The position numbers were made by a program, and so were the translations under genes. A DNA stretch of 32,000 nt from assembly GCA_038858525.1 (NCBI GenBank), contig JAWCFL010000005.1, positions 47,942 through 79,941 on the forward strand, written 5' to 3'. The first letter of the stretch is position 1; each line of letters opens with the position of its first letter. The DNA is from Candidatus Jordarchaeales archaeon. GTDB lineage: Archaea > Asgardarchaeota > Jordiarchaeia > Jordiarchaeales > Freyrarchaeaceae. Positions 16,868 to 25,583 of the stretch are shown piece after piece. The notes below the pieces were generated by a model. It did not search any database. It was not told where the DNA came from and saw nothing but the letters and a program-made list of their open reading frames with translations.

Positions 16868-18277
16868 TCACTTCTTACTTTTCTCAACTCTCTTAATGAT
16901 CAGCTTATCCGCTCTGATCTTCACGTTCTTGAAGATCAGCTGTATGCCGCCTCCAATAGCCGGCACACCCTCAACTGGAATGGCAAGCTCAGGCACAGTC
17001 ATCTCAGCCTCACCTTCAGCCGTGGCCTCAGCTGCAGCCGGTGCCTCGACAGCCTTCCAGTGTTCAACCACGGGGTGACCCTTCGCCTTGAGGAACTCCT
17101 TGAGTTCAGCTGTGCTTGAGACATCTTTCTCCGTCGCAATTTTATCCCTGAGGTTCTCAGGGATTGCGTCGAGAACTCTCTCCTTAACGTAGGATGGCAT
17201 CCACACAACCCTGTTCCAGCCACCATCGGCTTGCAGGAACTTAGGGCTCCTCATATACTCGATAGCGATACCGAGGAAGCCTTCAACCTGCTTGCCGCCA
17301 CCGGTCTGGTTAGCCATCGTCGAGAACGGCAGTCCATTAACTGCAGGACCCTGATAGTTTCTGTCAACAATCCCTACACCGTCAACCTCTGGAATGTAGA
17401 ATGCTATAGCCTCGAAGCAGCCACAGCTTGTATGTGGATGCCCAAACATACTGTAAAGGTAAACCCTCGTAACCTCACCTAGGCTCTTCTCCTTAGCCGC
17501 CGCATTGGCCCCACTATATTCTCCGACCACTGGGTCTAGTAGCTCACCCTTCTCAACCTTGAAGTTCGGACCCTTAGGGTCAACCCTAGCTGCGGCTCTA
17601 GCGTCAAACCAGTTAATGGAGCCGCAGAGTGACACCCTGTTAGGCGTAATAATGCATACGTGCGTCGGCGCAAAGCTCTGGCACAGTACGCATCCGTAGA
17701 ACTCCTCAACGTCCTCGTCCCTTAAACCTCTAGCCCTAGCGTCCCTAGCCTCGTAGATCTTCAACGCCTTTTCGTACATTTCCTTGACCTTTTCGGGGTC
17801 CGTAATGTATGTTACTTGGATCTTCTCGATTATTGGGAACTCTGCTTTGTAAAGCCTAGCCAAAACATTTCCAACATACTTAAGGCTGTTAAGACCCTTC
17901 TTAAATGAGGATTGAGAGACACGGATCCAAATGTCATAGCGCTGGTTAAGGTGCATAACGCCCTCTATATAATTCGTGAACTCATGTATGCGTCGTTCGA
18001 GCACTCCTTCCAGGTCTTTTTCTACCTGTGCCCCTGCGACTTCAACCAATATGCCGAGCGGGTAGGAACCACCCTGTTGCAGGTCCTTAATGTCAGGCCC
18101 AACCACGCTGACTTTTCCGTCTTCTATTTCTTTCGCGTCCCTCACTTGTACGAGCTCAAACTTGTACTTTACGTTTGGACCACCAAACTCTAACTGCATG
18201 TCCTTTCCACGTATTCTTTCGCCTTCATAAACCGGGCCAACGTCCACAGGGCATATGTCTTTAAACGAAGACGCCAT
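16868..18277 (-). CDS. cdhC: ACDS beta subunit (acetyl-CoA synthase)
   Basis: YEGERIR, CVLCQSFAPTHVC, LCGSINW and the A-cluster motif PHTSCGCFE. Confidence 0.95.
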   Translation of the reverse strand: MASSFKDICPVDVGPVYEGERIRGKDMQLEFGGPNVKYKFELVQVRDAKEIEDGKVSVVGPDIKDLQQGGSYPLGILVEVAGAQVEKDLEGVLERRIHEFTNYIEGVMHLNQRYDIWIRVSQSSFKKGLNSLKYVGNVLARLYKAEFPIIEKIQVTYITDPEKVKEMYEKALKIYEARDARARGLRDEDVEEFYGCVLCQSFAPTHVCIITPNRVSLCGSINWFDARAAARVDPKGPNFKVEKGELLDPVVGEYSGANAAAKEKSLGEVTRVYLYSMFGHPHTSCGCFEAIAFYIPEVDGVGIVDRNYQGPAVNGLPFSTMANQTGGGKQVEGFLGIAIEYMRSPKFLQADGGWNRVVWMPSYVKERVLDAIPENLRDKIATEKDVSSTAELKEFLKAKGHPVVEHWKAVEAPAAAEATAEGEAEMTVPELAIPVEGVPAIGGGIQLIFKNVKIRADKLIIKRVEKSKK

Positions 18278-18310
18278 AGGAACCGCTCCTCCTAAACGTT
18301 TTTCTAACAG

Positions 18311-18340
18311 CGATGAAACATCGAATCCGCTGATTTTTAA
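18311..18340 (-). promoter_or_regulatory. cdhCDE promoter: TATA plus downstream palindrome
   Basis: Minus strand AAAGG-TTAAAAA (BRE/TATA-like, TATA 18340-18334); palindrome CGATG-AAA-CATCG at 18311-18323. Confidence 0.45.
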
Positions 18341-18519
18341 CCTTTTTGTTTAGATTTACGAAAGTGGCTTCTTGAATGTCTTTTTGGCGGATTACGCGTT
18401 GAACCTTAGGCGTTCTACATCTATTTTCGCTGTCACATCCCCCCTTTACCTGTCATTATCCCCTGATTTTTGGTGAGCTTTTTAAGCGTGTTCGAAACCC
18501 TTTTATCTCTGGTGGTGCC

Positions 18520-19443
18520 GTGGCTAGGTATGATTTAACGGTCATTGGTCACTTAACATTAGACACTATTTCTTTTCAGGGCCAACGTTGGCTGATGGGC
18601 GGCTCGCCTTTTTATGGTGGACTAACTGCGTGCAAGCTGGGAGCTAAGGTTGCAGTTGTTTCAAAGGTGGCGTCGGGAAGTCACCGTTTGATGTTCTCGT
18701 CACTCCTCAATAGTGCTGGTGTTTCCGCCTTCATACTGGGTGGACGAGCGACTACTTGCTTCGAAATAAATTATGGTGCGAGTGGACGAAGGCTTAAATT
18801 GTTGTCTCGGGCGGATGACCTGTCATTCGGTGAGGTTCCACTGGAGGCGCTGGACGCTTCCGCCGTGTTACTCAGCCCTGTGGCCGGGGAGCTAAATCAC
18901 GAATTTGTTGAGAATACTTCAAGTCACTGTATGAGGCGAGGTAATCTGCTCGCCGCAGACCTTCAGGGATTCACTAGAACTTTCTCCGAGGACGGCGACA
19001 TGGCTTTCAAGCGACCTGAAAAACGTTTTTTAAGTTCTTTTGACGTTATTAAAGGGTCTGAAAGAGAAGTCAAGTCCATCGTTGAGTGTGACTACATTGA
19101 TGAAGCATTGATCCAAATCGCCCAGCTTGGTCCCAAGGTTGTCATAGCGACTTTAGGTGAGAAGGGTGCGCTAGCCTTCTATAAAGATGAGTTCTTCCGT
19201 GTTTACCCTTTGAAGCCCGTTATGGTCGTCGACCCTACAGGGGCTGGGGATGCTTTCATTGCGGCCTTTCTTATTGGGTACGCTTGGTCAATGAGCTTAG
19301 AAGACTGTCTGAAGCTGGCTTGCTCTGCTGCTACCTGTGTGGTGGAAAGAAAACTGCCTCTTGGTGATGCGAGCAAGGAATACATTTTGGAAAGAAGTAA
19401 AGAGGTCAGGATTGAAAGAACGAATAATTTCTCTAACCTGTAA
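18520..19443 (+). CDS. PfkB/ribokinase family carbohydrate kinase
   Basis: GGSPFYGG, ATLGEKGA, VDPTGAGDAFIAAF. Confidence 0.88.
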   Translation: MARYDLTVIGHLTLDTISFQGQRWLMGGSPFYGGLTACKLGAKVAVVSKVASGSHRLMFSSLLNSAGVSAFILGGRATTCFEINYGASGRRLKLLSRADDLSFGEVPLEALDASAVLLSPVAGELNHEFVENTSSHCMRRGNLLAADLQGFTRTFSEDGDMAFKRPEKRFLSSFDVIKGSEREVKSIVECDYIDEALIQIAQLGPKVVIATLGEKGALAFYKDEFFRVYPLKPVMVVDPTGAGDAFIAAFLIGYAWSMSLEDCLKLACSAATCVVERKLPLGDASKEYILERSKEVRIERTNNFSNL

Positions 19444-19527
19444 AATTAGTTATTTCACGTCTCAATTTTGCGTTATCAAAAATTTTTTGAGATTCAACTT
19501 TCAGCTTTGTTGTTGGAGGTGTTGTAT

Positions 19528-19818
19528 TTGATCTGCGTTGAGGAATTCTATGTTGAAGAAAAAGCTGTCCTAGGATTAAGAGTTAACTTGAAACCCGTGC
19601 CTTTTCTCATGATCATCTGTCTAAGAGGAATACTCGCGTGTGGCTACTTTAACTTGGAAGTCGCTGAAAGGTTCGGTGTAACTGCCGCTATAGTTAGGGG
19701 GGTCTCGTCCTTCGATGAAATGCTGGAGGCGAAAGTTGTAAATGTTACTTCGAAAGCTAGAGAGCTTGGTGTGACTGAAGGATGTAGTGGAAGAGACGCT
19801 GTCCTCCGCTTCTCATGA
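19528..19818 (+). CDS. YunC/DUF1805 family protein
   Basis: GILACGYFNLEVAE...AAIVRGVSSFDEML.AKV..VTSKARELGV. Start moved to TTG 19528 after GGAGGTG. Confidence 0.8.
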   Translation: MICVEEFYVEEKAVLGLRVNLKPVPFLMIICLRGILACGYFNLEVAERFGVTAAIVRGVSSFDEMLEAKVVNVTSKARELGVTEGCSGRDAVLRFS

Positions 19819-19954
19819 AAGCTTTCTTCATGGAATCTTTCCTAGTGGCGTTCTCCTACTTTTGGAGAACCGTCGCAGGAAACACTTAAAAATTGTTCTT
19901 CATTTCTCGTTAGAGCTGTAAGATGCCAGCTGGTCGTTAGAGAGGTGCTGTTTT

Positions 19955-21406
19955 TTGTCGGAGACCGATAAGACACCCCTGCCAAATAAATACGAAAATT
20001 TCAACGAATGGTATAATGAAATTCTACAGAAAGCTGAACTCATTGACTTGCGCTATGGGGTCAAGGGATTTATTGTTTATCGGCCGAACGCGGCTGTGAT
20101 AATGCGTCAAGTTTACCGCCTCTTTGAGGAGGAGCTGGACCGGCTGGGACATGCCCCCTGCATTTTCCCTGTCGTTATTCCGTTCGAGTTCTTTGAGAAG
20201 GAAGCCCAGCATATTAAGGGTTTTCTTGACGAGGTTTTTTGGGTTACGAAGGCGGGGCAGCACGAGCTCAACAAGCCGCTGTTACTGCGCCCGACGTCGG
20301 AGACAGCTATGTACCCTCTTTATGCGTTCTGGATTAGAAGCTACAAAGACCTCCCATTAAAGCTATACCAATCTAACTCGGTGTATCGCTACGAGACGAA
20401 AGCCACTAAGCCTCTCTTGAGGGGACGTGAGTTTTTCTGGATTGAGGCGCACTGCGCTCACAGGACGAAGGAAAATGCTGAACGTCAGGTGTTGGAAGAT
20501 ATGGAAGTTATGAGTAATGCGCTCCACGAGGTTCTAGGCGTCCCATTCCTGCTCTTAGAGCGCCCGCCTTGGGACAGGTTTGCAGGGGCTGAAAGAACCT
20601 ACGCGTTTGATGTGGTTTTTCCGGACAAGTCCGTGCTCCAGATAGCTACCACGCACATCCTTGGAGAAAACTTCTCCAGAGCTTTTGAAATAATGTACAA
20701 GGATGAGGATGGAGAACTTAAGTATGTTCAGCAGACATGCTTCGGTATAGGGATTTCGAGGATTCTCGCAACCCTGATAAGCGTTCACGGAGACGAATAC
20801 GGGCTGGTCCTACCCTTCGACATAGCTCCAACACAAATAGTCATAGTTCCCATACTGTTCAAAGAGGCCGGAGGAATTGTAATGGAGAAATGTAAAGCCA
20901 TCTTCGAGAAGCTATGCGAGAAAGGGTACAGAGTGATGCTGGACGACTCCGATGAGCGTCCAGGAGCCAAGTTTTACCGTTGGGAAACTTTAGGTGTTCC
21001 CGTGAGAATTGAAATAGGGCCAAGGGACGTCGAGAAGGGTGTAGTGACCGTTTTCAGGCGTGACACGAGAGAACGGATAGTTGTTAGGGAAAATGAGCTT
21101 GAAGAAAAAATAAAGGAGCTAAGAAAAGATATTCTAAGGGTTTTGAGAGAGCGGGGGGAGAAGTGGCTTGAAGCAAATTTGAGAGATGTCAAGAGTAAAG
21201 ATGATCTTATAATGCTGGCGAGGGAGGGCGGAATAGGTAGGATGGCTTTTTGCGGCAGGGAGGAGTGCGCCAGCGAGATAAAGGCGGAAACCGGCGGATT
21301 TGAGGTTAGAGGAGTCAGAGTGGGCGAAAAGTGGGAGAAATTAAGCGTTTGTGCTGCATGCGGAAAAGAAGCGAAAGAACTAGTGTACGTTGCTAAACCC
21401 TATTAA
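19955..21406 (+). CDS. proS: Prolyl-tRNA synthetase, archaeal/eukaryotic type
   Basis: LRPTSETAMY, RYETKATKPLLRGREF, anticodon domain GVPVRIEIGPRD, C-terminal AKPY. Confidence 0.96.
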   Translation: MSETDKTPLPNKYENFNEWYNEILQKAELIDLRYGVKGFIVYRPNAAVIMRQVYRLFEEELDRLGHAPCIFPVVIPFEFFEKEAQHIKGFLDEVFWVTKAGQHELNKPLLLRPTSETAMYPLYAFWIRSYKDLPLKLYQSNSVYRYETKATKPLLRGREFFWIEAHCAHRTKENAERQVLEDMEVMSNALHEVLGVPFLLLERPPWDRFAGAERTYAFDVVFPDKSVLQIATTHILGENFSRAFEIMYKDEDGELKYVQQTCFGIGISRILATLISVHGDEYGLVLPFDIAPTQIVIVPILFKEAGGIVMEKCKAIFEKLCEKGYRVMLDDSDERPGAKFYRWETLGVPVRIEIGPRDVEKGVVTVFRRDTRERIVVRENELEEKIKELRKDILRVLRERGEKWLEANLRDVKSKDDLIMLAREGGIGRMAFCGREECASEIKAETGGFEVRGVRVGEKWEKLSVCAACGKEAKELVYVAKPY

Positions 21407-21534
21407 CAAAAACCCAAAACTACTCCCCATCTCCGATGTTAATGGGAAACCTGCTAGTTATTTATTCGCTTTCACTTACTTTTATATGCTTTTTCGTTCT
21501 TCTTAATAGTAAGGTTTGCTGGGGAGGATGAAAC

Positions 21535-22872
21535 TTGCTTTTCTTCGCAGACCTTCACATTCATAGCAAGTATAGTAGGGGTAGTAGCTCGAACATGGAG
21601 CCTCATGTTCTCCGTTCTTTCGCCAGAGTGAAGGGACTTAACTTGCTGGGGACGGGTGACTTCTCCCATCCTAAATGGCTTACTGAGTTAAAAGATAAGC
21701 TCGAAGCTGTTGGGGACACGGGGTTTTACACTTTAAGAGAGGGTGGGAGTGATGTTTTCTTCGTTTTGACGAACGAAGTAAGCACCAGCTTTGAATCTGA
21801 AGGCGAAACGAAAAACGTTCATCACCTCCTACTTGTTGAAAGCTTTGAGGTTGTGGACCAAGTGAACGAGATCATAGCGAAATATGGGAATTTAGATGCT
21901 GACGGCAGACCAATGCTTGGATGCACTCCCGCAGAGCTCGTTGAGTTGCTTCTGCAAGTTGACCGAAACATTCTCGTGGTGCCCGCTCACCTCTGGACGA
22001 GCTGGTTTGGAGCGCTGGGTGAGCGGGGATTTAACAGCTTGGAAGAATGCTACGGCGATATGGTAGACCATATTCATGCCGTTGAGACAGGTCTTAGCTC
22101 AGACCCACCAATGAACTGGAGGCTTAGTAGCCTTGACAGGTATGTCTTGTTGAGCAACAGTGACTCTCACAGTCCCTGGCCTTGGAGGCTGGGAAGAGAA
22201 GCGAACGTCTTCAACCTTGATGAACCATCGTTCCGCGACCTCGTTGATGCAGTGAAGAAAAAGGATAAACGAAGGATTGTTATGACCATAGAGGTCGCCC
22301 CCGAATACGGAATCCCCCAGTAGAGAGGGGACGTAAAATATCATTACGATGGTCATCGGGGTGACCGGCAGGGGCATGGTGGTGTAGATGTCTGCATGCA
22401 CCCAAAGGAAGCAATGATGCGAGGAAATATTTGTCCCGTATGTGGAAAGAAAATGACGATAGGAGTGCAGCACAGGGTTGAAGAGCTGGCTGATAGGGAG
22501 GAAGGCTTCGTGCCAGACAACCCTATACCATTCAAGAGGCTGATCCCCCTTTCCGAGTTAATAGCGTCAGCTTTAAGAGTTGAGAATCTCCATGCGCAAC
22601 GCGTCAGAGAAGAGTACGATCGACTCATCAACAAGTTCGGGAACGAGTATGCTGTTCTGCTTGATCCCCCCTTGGAGAGCCTCCTAGAAGTTACTCATCA
22701 AAGAGTGGCTGAGCTTATAATACTTAACAGGGAGGGGCGCCTCAAAATAAAGCCGGGGTTTGACGGAGTATATGGAAAAATATCTTTTGATGAGCCTCAA
22801 GAGAAAGCTGTAGGTGTAGAGAGCCTTCCAAGAGTTGGGCAGCAGAGCCTTGATAGCTACTTTAAACGGTGA
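21535..22872 (+). CDS. Endonuclease Q family (PHP domain plus Zn finger) protein, interrupted by a 24-nt insert; 437 aa if the insert is removed
   Basis: ADLHIHSKYS, GTGDFSHP, ETGLSSDP, SNSDSHS, LGREAN, then EYG[insert]KYHYDGH, CPVCG, GVQHRVEELADR, PGFDGVYG. Both track ORFs (21535-22323 and 22396-22872) are in the same frame. Confidence 0.85.
22313..22336 (+). other. Candidate bulge-helix-bulge intron in the EndoQ-family mRNA
   Basis: Insert TCCCCCAGTAGAGAGGGGACGTAA carries the in-frame TAG and a CCCC/GGGG stem, with BHB geometry at the junctions. Removing it gives GAA TAC GGA AAA TAT CAT (EYGKYH). Confidence 0.7.
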
Positions 22873-22883
22873 CTTGTCTTTCC

Positions 22884-23915
22884 TTAGCATACACGGGGGA
22901 TAGGTTCGCCGTATGGCTCTTCTATTATTCGTTTTCCCCCGACGACTGTTTCCATTATGACGTATCCTGGTCTCTCCTTTCGAACCTCTCCTATAATGCT
23001 GGCGTTTCTACCATACTTTGTTGCTTTAACCTTTTCGAGGACCTCCTCCGCTCTTTCAGGTCTTACCGCTATTATCGCTTTTCCCTCACAGGTTACCTCG
23101 AGCGGGTCTATTCCAAGCATTTCTGATGCTGCAACTACTTCCTCCCGGATAGGTATGTCCTCCTCTTTGATCCATATGCTGACTCCATTTTTCTTAGCCC
23201 AGTCGTTTAGGGCTGCAGCGAGTCCTCCTCTTGTCGGATCCTTCATTGCCGTTACGCCGCCGACGCTTAAGGCTGCTTTGATCGTCTCATTGAGGGGAGC
23301 AACATCCGACTCCAGTTGTGTCCCGAAACTTATACCTTCTCGCGCGGCGAGGAGCGCTATTCCATGGTCGCCTACGGTTCCCGTAACTATTACCTTGTCG
23401 CCAACCTGTATGCCGCTATCGCAAATTACCTTTCCTTTGGCAATCCCGATCCCTGTGGTAGCCAGAACAATCTTGTCGAGGTGTCCTTTTGGCATCACCT
23501 TCGTGTCTCCTGCGATCAGGGCGACCCCGGCTTCGTTACACGTGTCGCTTATAGACCTAACTATCCGCTTCAAATCAGCTATGGGGAACCCTTCCTCCAA
23601 TATCATGGAGCACGTCACGGCTATAGGGTCTGCTCCCATCATAAGAACGTCGTTAACTGTACCCGAAATGGCAAGCCGTCCAAGGTCGCCTCCTGGGAAG
23701 AATATTGGATCTACAGTGTGTCCATCCGTGGTCACAACAATGTTATAGCCCCCTAAAGGTATAGTTGCTCCATCGTCTAGCTCGTCCAGCCCTATTCCCC
23801 CGCCAACCCTTCGCCTATCGATCAATGGAAGGATGACCTCCTTGATCAGCTTCCCCATGGCAGTTCCACCCGCTCCATGAGCTAGCTCAATGACCTCTTG
23901 AAGCTCCGTCGCCAT
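22884..23915 (-). CDS. hypE: Hydrogenase maturation carbamoyl dehydratase HypE
   Basis: LAHGAGG, TTDGHTVDPIFFPGGDLG, AGDTKV, MKDPTRGGL and C-terminal PRVC. Start placed at ATG 23915. Confidence 0.95.
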   Translation of the reverse strand: MATELQEVIELAHGAGGTAMGKLIKEVILPLIDRRRVGGGIGLDELDDGATIPLGGYNIVVTTDGHTVDPIFFPGGDLGRLAISGTVNDVLMMGADPIAVTCSMILEEGFPIADLKRIVRSISDTCNEAGVALIAGDTKVMPKGHLDKIVLATTGIGIAKGKVICDSGIQVGDKVIVTGTVGDHGIALLAAREGISFGTQLESDVAPLNETIKAALSVGGVTAMKDPTRGGLAAALNDWAKKNGVSIWIKEEDIPIREEVVAASEMLGIDPLEVTCEGKAIIAVRPERAEEVLEKVKATKYGRNASIIGEVRKERPGYVIMETVVGGKRIIEEPYGEPIPRVC

Positions 23916-24113
23916 CACCCCCTGCAACATACATCTAATTTGGCTCAAAAAATGTTTCCGCTCATCGAATAATGAACCTCAAAGTCACCGGTACGCGTCG
24001 CTTGCCTGCCGCTTGTTGGATGCTTAAAGCTGAGCTCTTCTAGTGTTTCATGTCCGATGGATTTATATCTCCTTTTCATGTTTTTTCTTTCTGAATTTTG
24101 CGGAGGATCCAAT

Positions 24114-24506
24114 ATGGGTGTATGGCATGGTAAGTCTAAGAGGAAGCCTAGTGGCGGCAAGCTCGGAATAGCTCGGGGTAAGAGAAAGTATGAGATGGGT
24201 CGCGAGCCCATCGAGACACAGCTTGGAGACGAAGAGAAAAGAAAGAAGGTTCGAGTGCGTGGCGGAAACCTGAAAATCAAGTTGCGGGTTGCATCATATG
24301 CAAATGTAACAGATGTCACTACGGGAAAAACTGTTAAAGTTAAGATCCTCGGTGTGGAGAAGAACCCGGCTAGTGTAGACTATTCACGTCGCAAAATAAT
24401 AACGAAAGGCGCCATTATAAAGACAGAGCTGGGGACGGCGCAAGTCACAAGCAGACCGGGCCAAGACGGAGTGGTAAACGCTGTATTAATAGAACAAAAA
24501 CAGTAA
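24114..24506 (+). CDS. rps8e: Ribosomal protein eS8
   Basis: [47 protein letters not shown] 24114 follows GGAGG. Confidence 0.95.
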   Translation: MGVWHGKSKRKPSGGKLGIARGKRKYEMGREPIETQLGDEEKRKKVRVRGGNLKIKLRVASYANVTDVTTGKTVKVKILGVEKNPASVDYSRRKIITKGAIIKTELGTAQVTSRPGQDGVVNAVLIEQKQ

Positions 24507-24517
24507 CGAAAGCGATT

Positions 24518-24907
24518 TTATGCTGTTACTATTTGAATATTCTTCACTGTGCACTCCCTTCCGCCAACTATTTTTGTCGCACTACTTCCGCACTTCGGAC
24601 ATTTTAGCGATAATGAAAGTAGTTGAGGGACGTGGGGTGCTCCTTCGAAATCCTCTTTCTTTGCCTCGCCTTCATAGCCGCACTCTGAACAATAGATCAC
24701 TCCTGGCCTGATGGTTATGTTGACCTTCGCTCCCTCAGCCATTGTTCCCTCTGCGGCCACGTTTAAGCTGAACTTCAAGTAATCCGGGTTTAGAAGGGTG
24801 AATTCTCCTAGTTCTAAGTTTATTTCTGTTATGCGTGTTGCGTTGTTCTCCTTGGCTACCCTAATTACTGTGCTGATTATCATCTGGGCGGTGGAAAACT
24901 CATGCAT
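24518..24907 (-). CDS. hypA: Hydrogenase nickel metallochaperone HypA
   Basis: MHEFS start, CSEC and CPKC Zn sites, GGRECTVKNI. Confidence 0.93.
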   Translation of the reverse strand: MHEFSTAQMIISTVIRVAKENNATRITEINLELGEFTLLNPDYLKFSLNVAAEGTMAEGAKVNITIRPGVIYCSECGYEGEAKKEDFEGAPHVPQLLSLSLKCPKCGSSATKIVGGRECTVKNIQIVTA

Positions 24908-24918
24908 CCTAAATCCCT

Positions 24919-24947
24919 GACGAAACGTAGAATCTAAACGTTTAAAA
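24919..24947 (-). promoter_or_regulatory. hypA promoter: TATA plus a motif resembling the cdhC promoter motif
   Basis: TTTTAAA (24947-24941) on the minus strand; plus-strand GACGAAACGTAGAATC at 24919-24934. Confidence 0.4.
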
Positions 24948-24980
24948 GTGTTTTTTTAGAAGAGGACTTGAGGGTTAGGT

Positions 24981-25274
24981 TTGCGGAAGAGAAACATATT
25001 CATAGTTTACCCTGAGTACTTTGACTCCAAGTTGACGAGGCGTGAGGGGAGAAGAGTCCCTTTAAATCTCGCTGTTCCAAACCCGATGATAGATGAACTG
25101 GCATCTGTTGCTCGCAAGCTTGGGTGGCAGGTGAGCGTGGAGAAAGAGGTAGCATATCCGAGATGCTGGTGGAACAAGAAGGGCAGGCTCATCGTAGAGA
25201 AGTACGGAATGAAAAAGGGAAAAGCAATATTCACAATGGCAAGAAGCCTTAAGAGATTAAGAGAAAGCCAGTAA
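24981..25274 (+). CDS. srp19: Signal recognition particle 19 kDa protein
   Basis: IVYPEYFDSKLTRREGRRVP, YPRCWW...GR. Confidence 0.93.
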   Translation: MRKRNIFIVYPEYFDSKLTRREGRRVPLNLAVPNPMIDELASVARKLGWQVSVEKEVAYPRCWWNKKGRLIVEKYGMKKGKAIFTMARSLKRLRESQ

Positions 25275-25301
25275 GCGTGCACTTCCGCTAGGAGGGTTTG
25301 C

Positions 25302-25568
25302 TTGAAGCGCCTAGGAAAAGTTCTTCATGTTTCATCATCAGGCAATTTGGTCGTTCAAGCGAACATAGCTCCCGAGATCGGGAGCAAAGTCGTCGATGAA
25401 AAACTCAAAGAAGTGGGCTCCGTATACGATGTTATCGGTCCGGTCAATAGTCCATATGTAACTATTAGACCGATTGAGAGATCAGAAGCCGATAAGTACG
25501 TCGGAAAGCCTCTCTACATTCTAGATGGTAAGGGGCGCAGTCAGAGGAAGCAGTCAAAGCGCCGTTAA
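25302..25568 (+). CDS. gar1: H/ACA RNP subunit Gar1
   Basis: MKRLGKVLH, VGSVYDVIGPVNSPYV. Confidence 0.88.
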   Translation: MKRLGKVLHVSSSGNLVVQANIAPEIGSKVVDEKLKEVGSVYDVIGPVNSPYVTIRPIERSEADKYVGKPLYILDGKGRSQRKQSKRR

Positions 25569-25583
25569 GCCTTCGAGGAAGCA

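Noticed and set aside
22321-22323. Pyrrolysine or other UAG read-through as the explanation of the EndoQ stop
   Set aside because: Read-through would leave 8 extra residues inside the G-K-Y-H motif. UAG also ends intact genes here (1019-1021, 6937-6939, 12521-12523), and no pyl genes are in the window.
22351-22395. GHRGDRQGHGGVDVC segment in EndoQ, longer than the usual GHRxC, as a second intron
   Set aside because: It is in frame, has no stop, and I found no BHB geometry. It is more likely a Zn-finger loop variant.
24057-24113. N-terminal extensions given by the ORF track for rps8e, the YunC gene, hypE and cdhD
   Set aside because: Downstream starts with SD-like motifs match the family N-termini better, so the extensions are longest-ORF artefacts.
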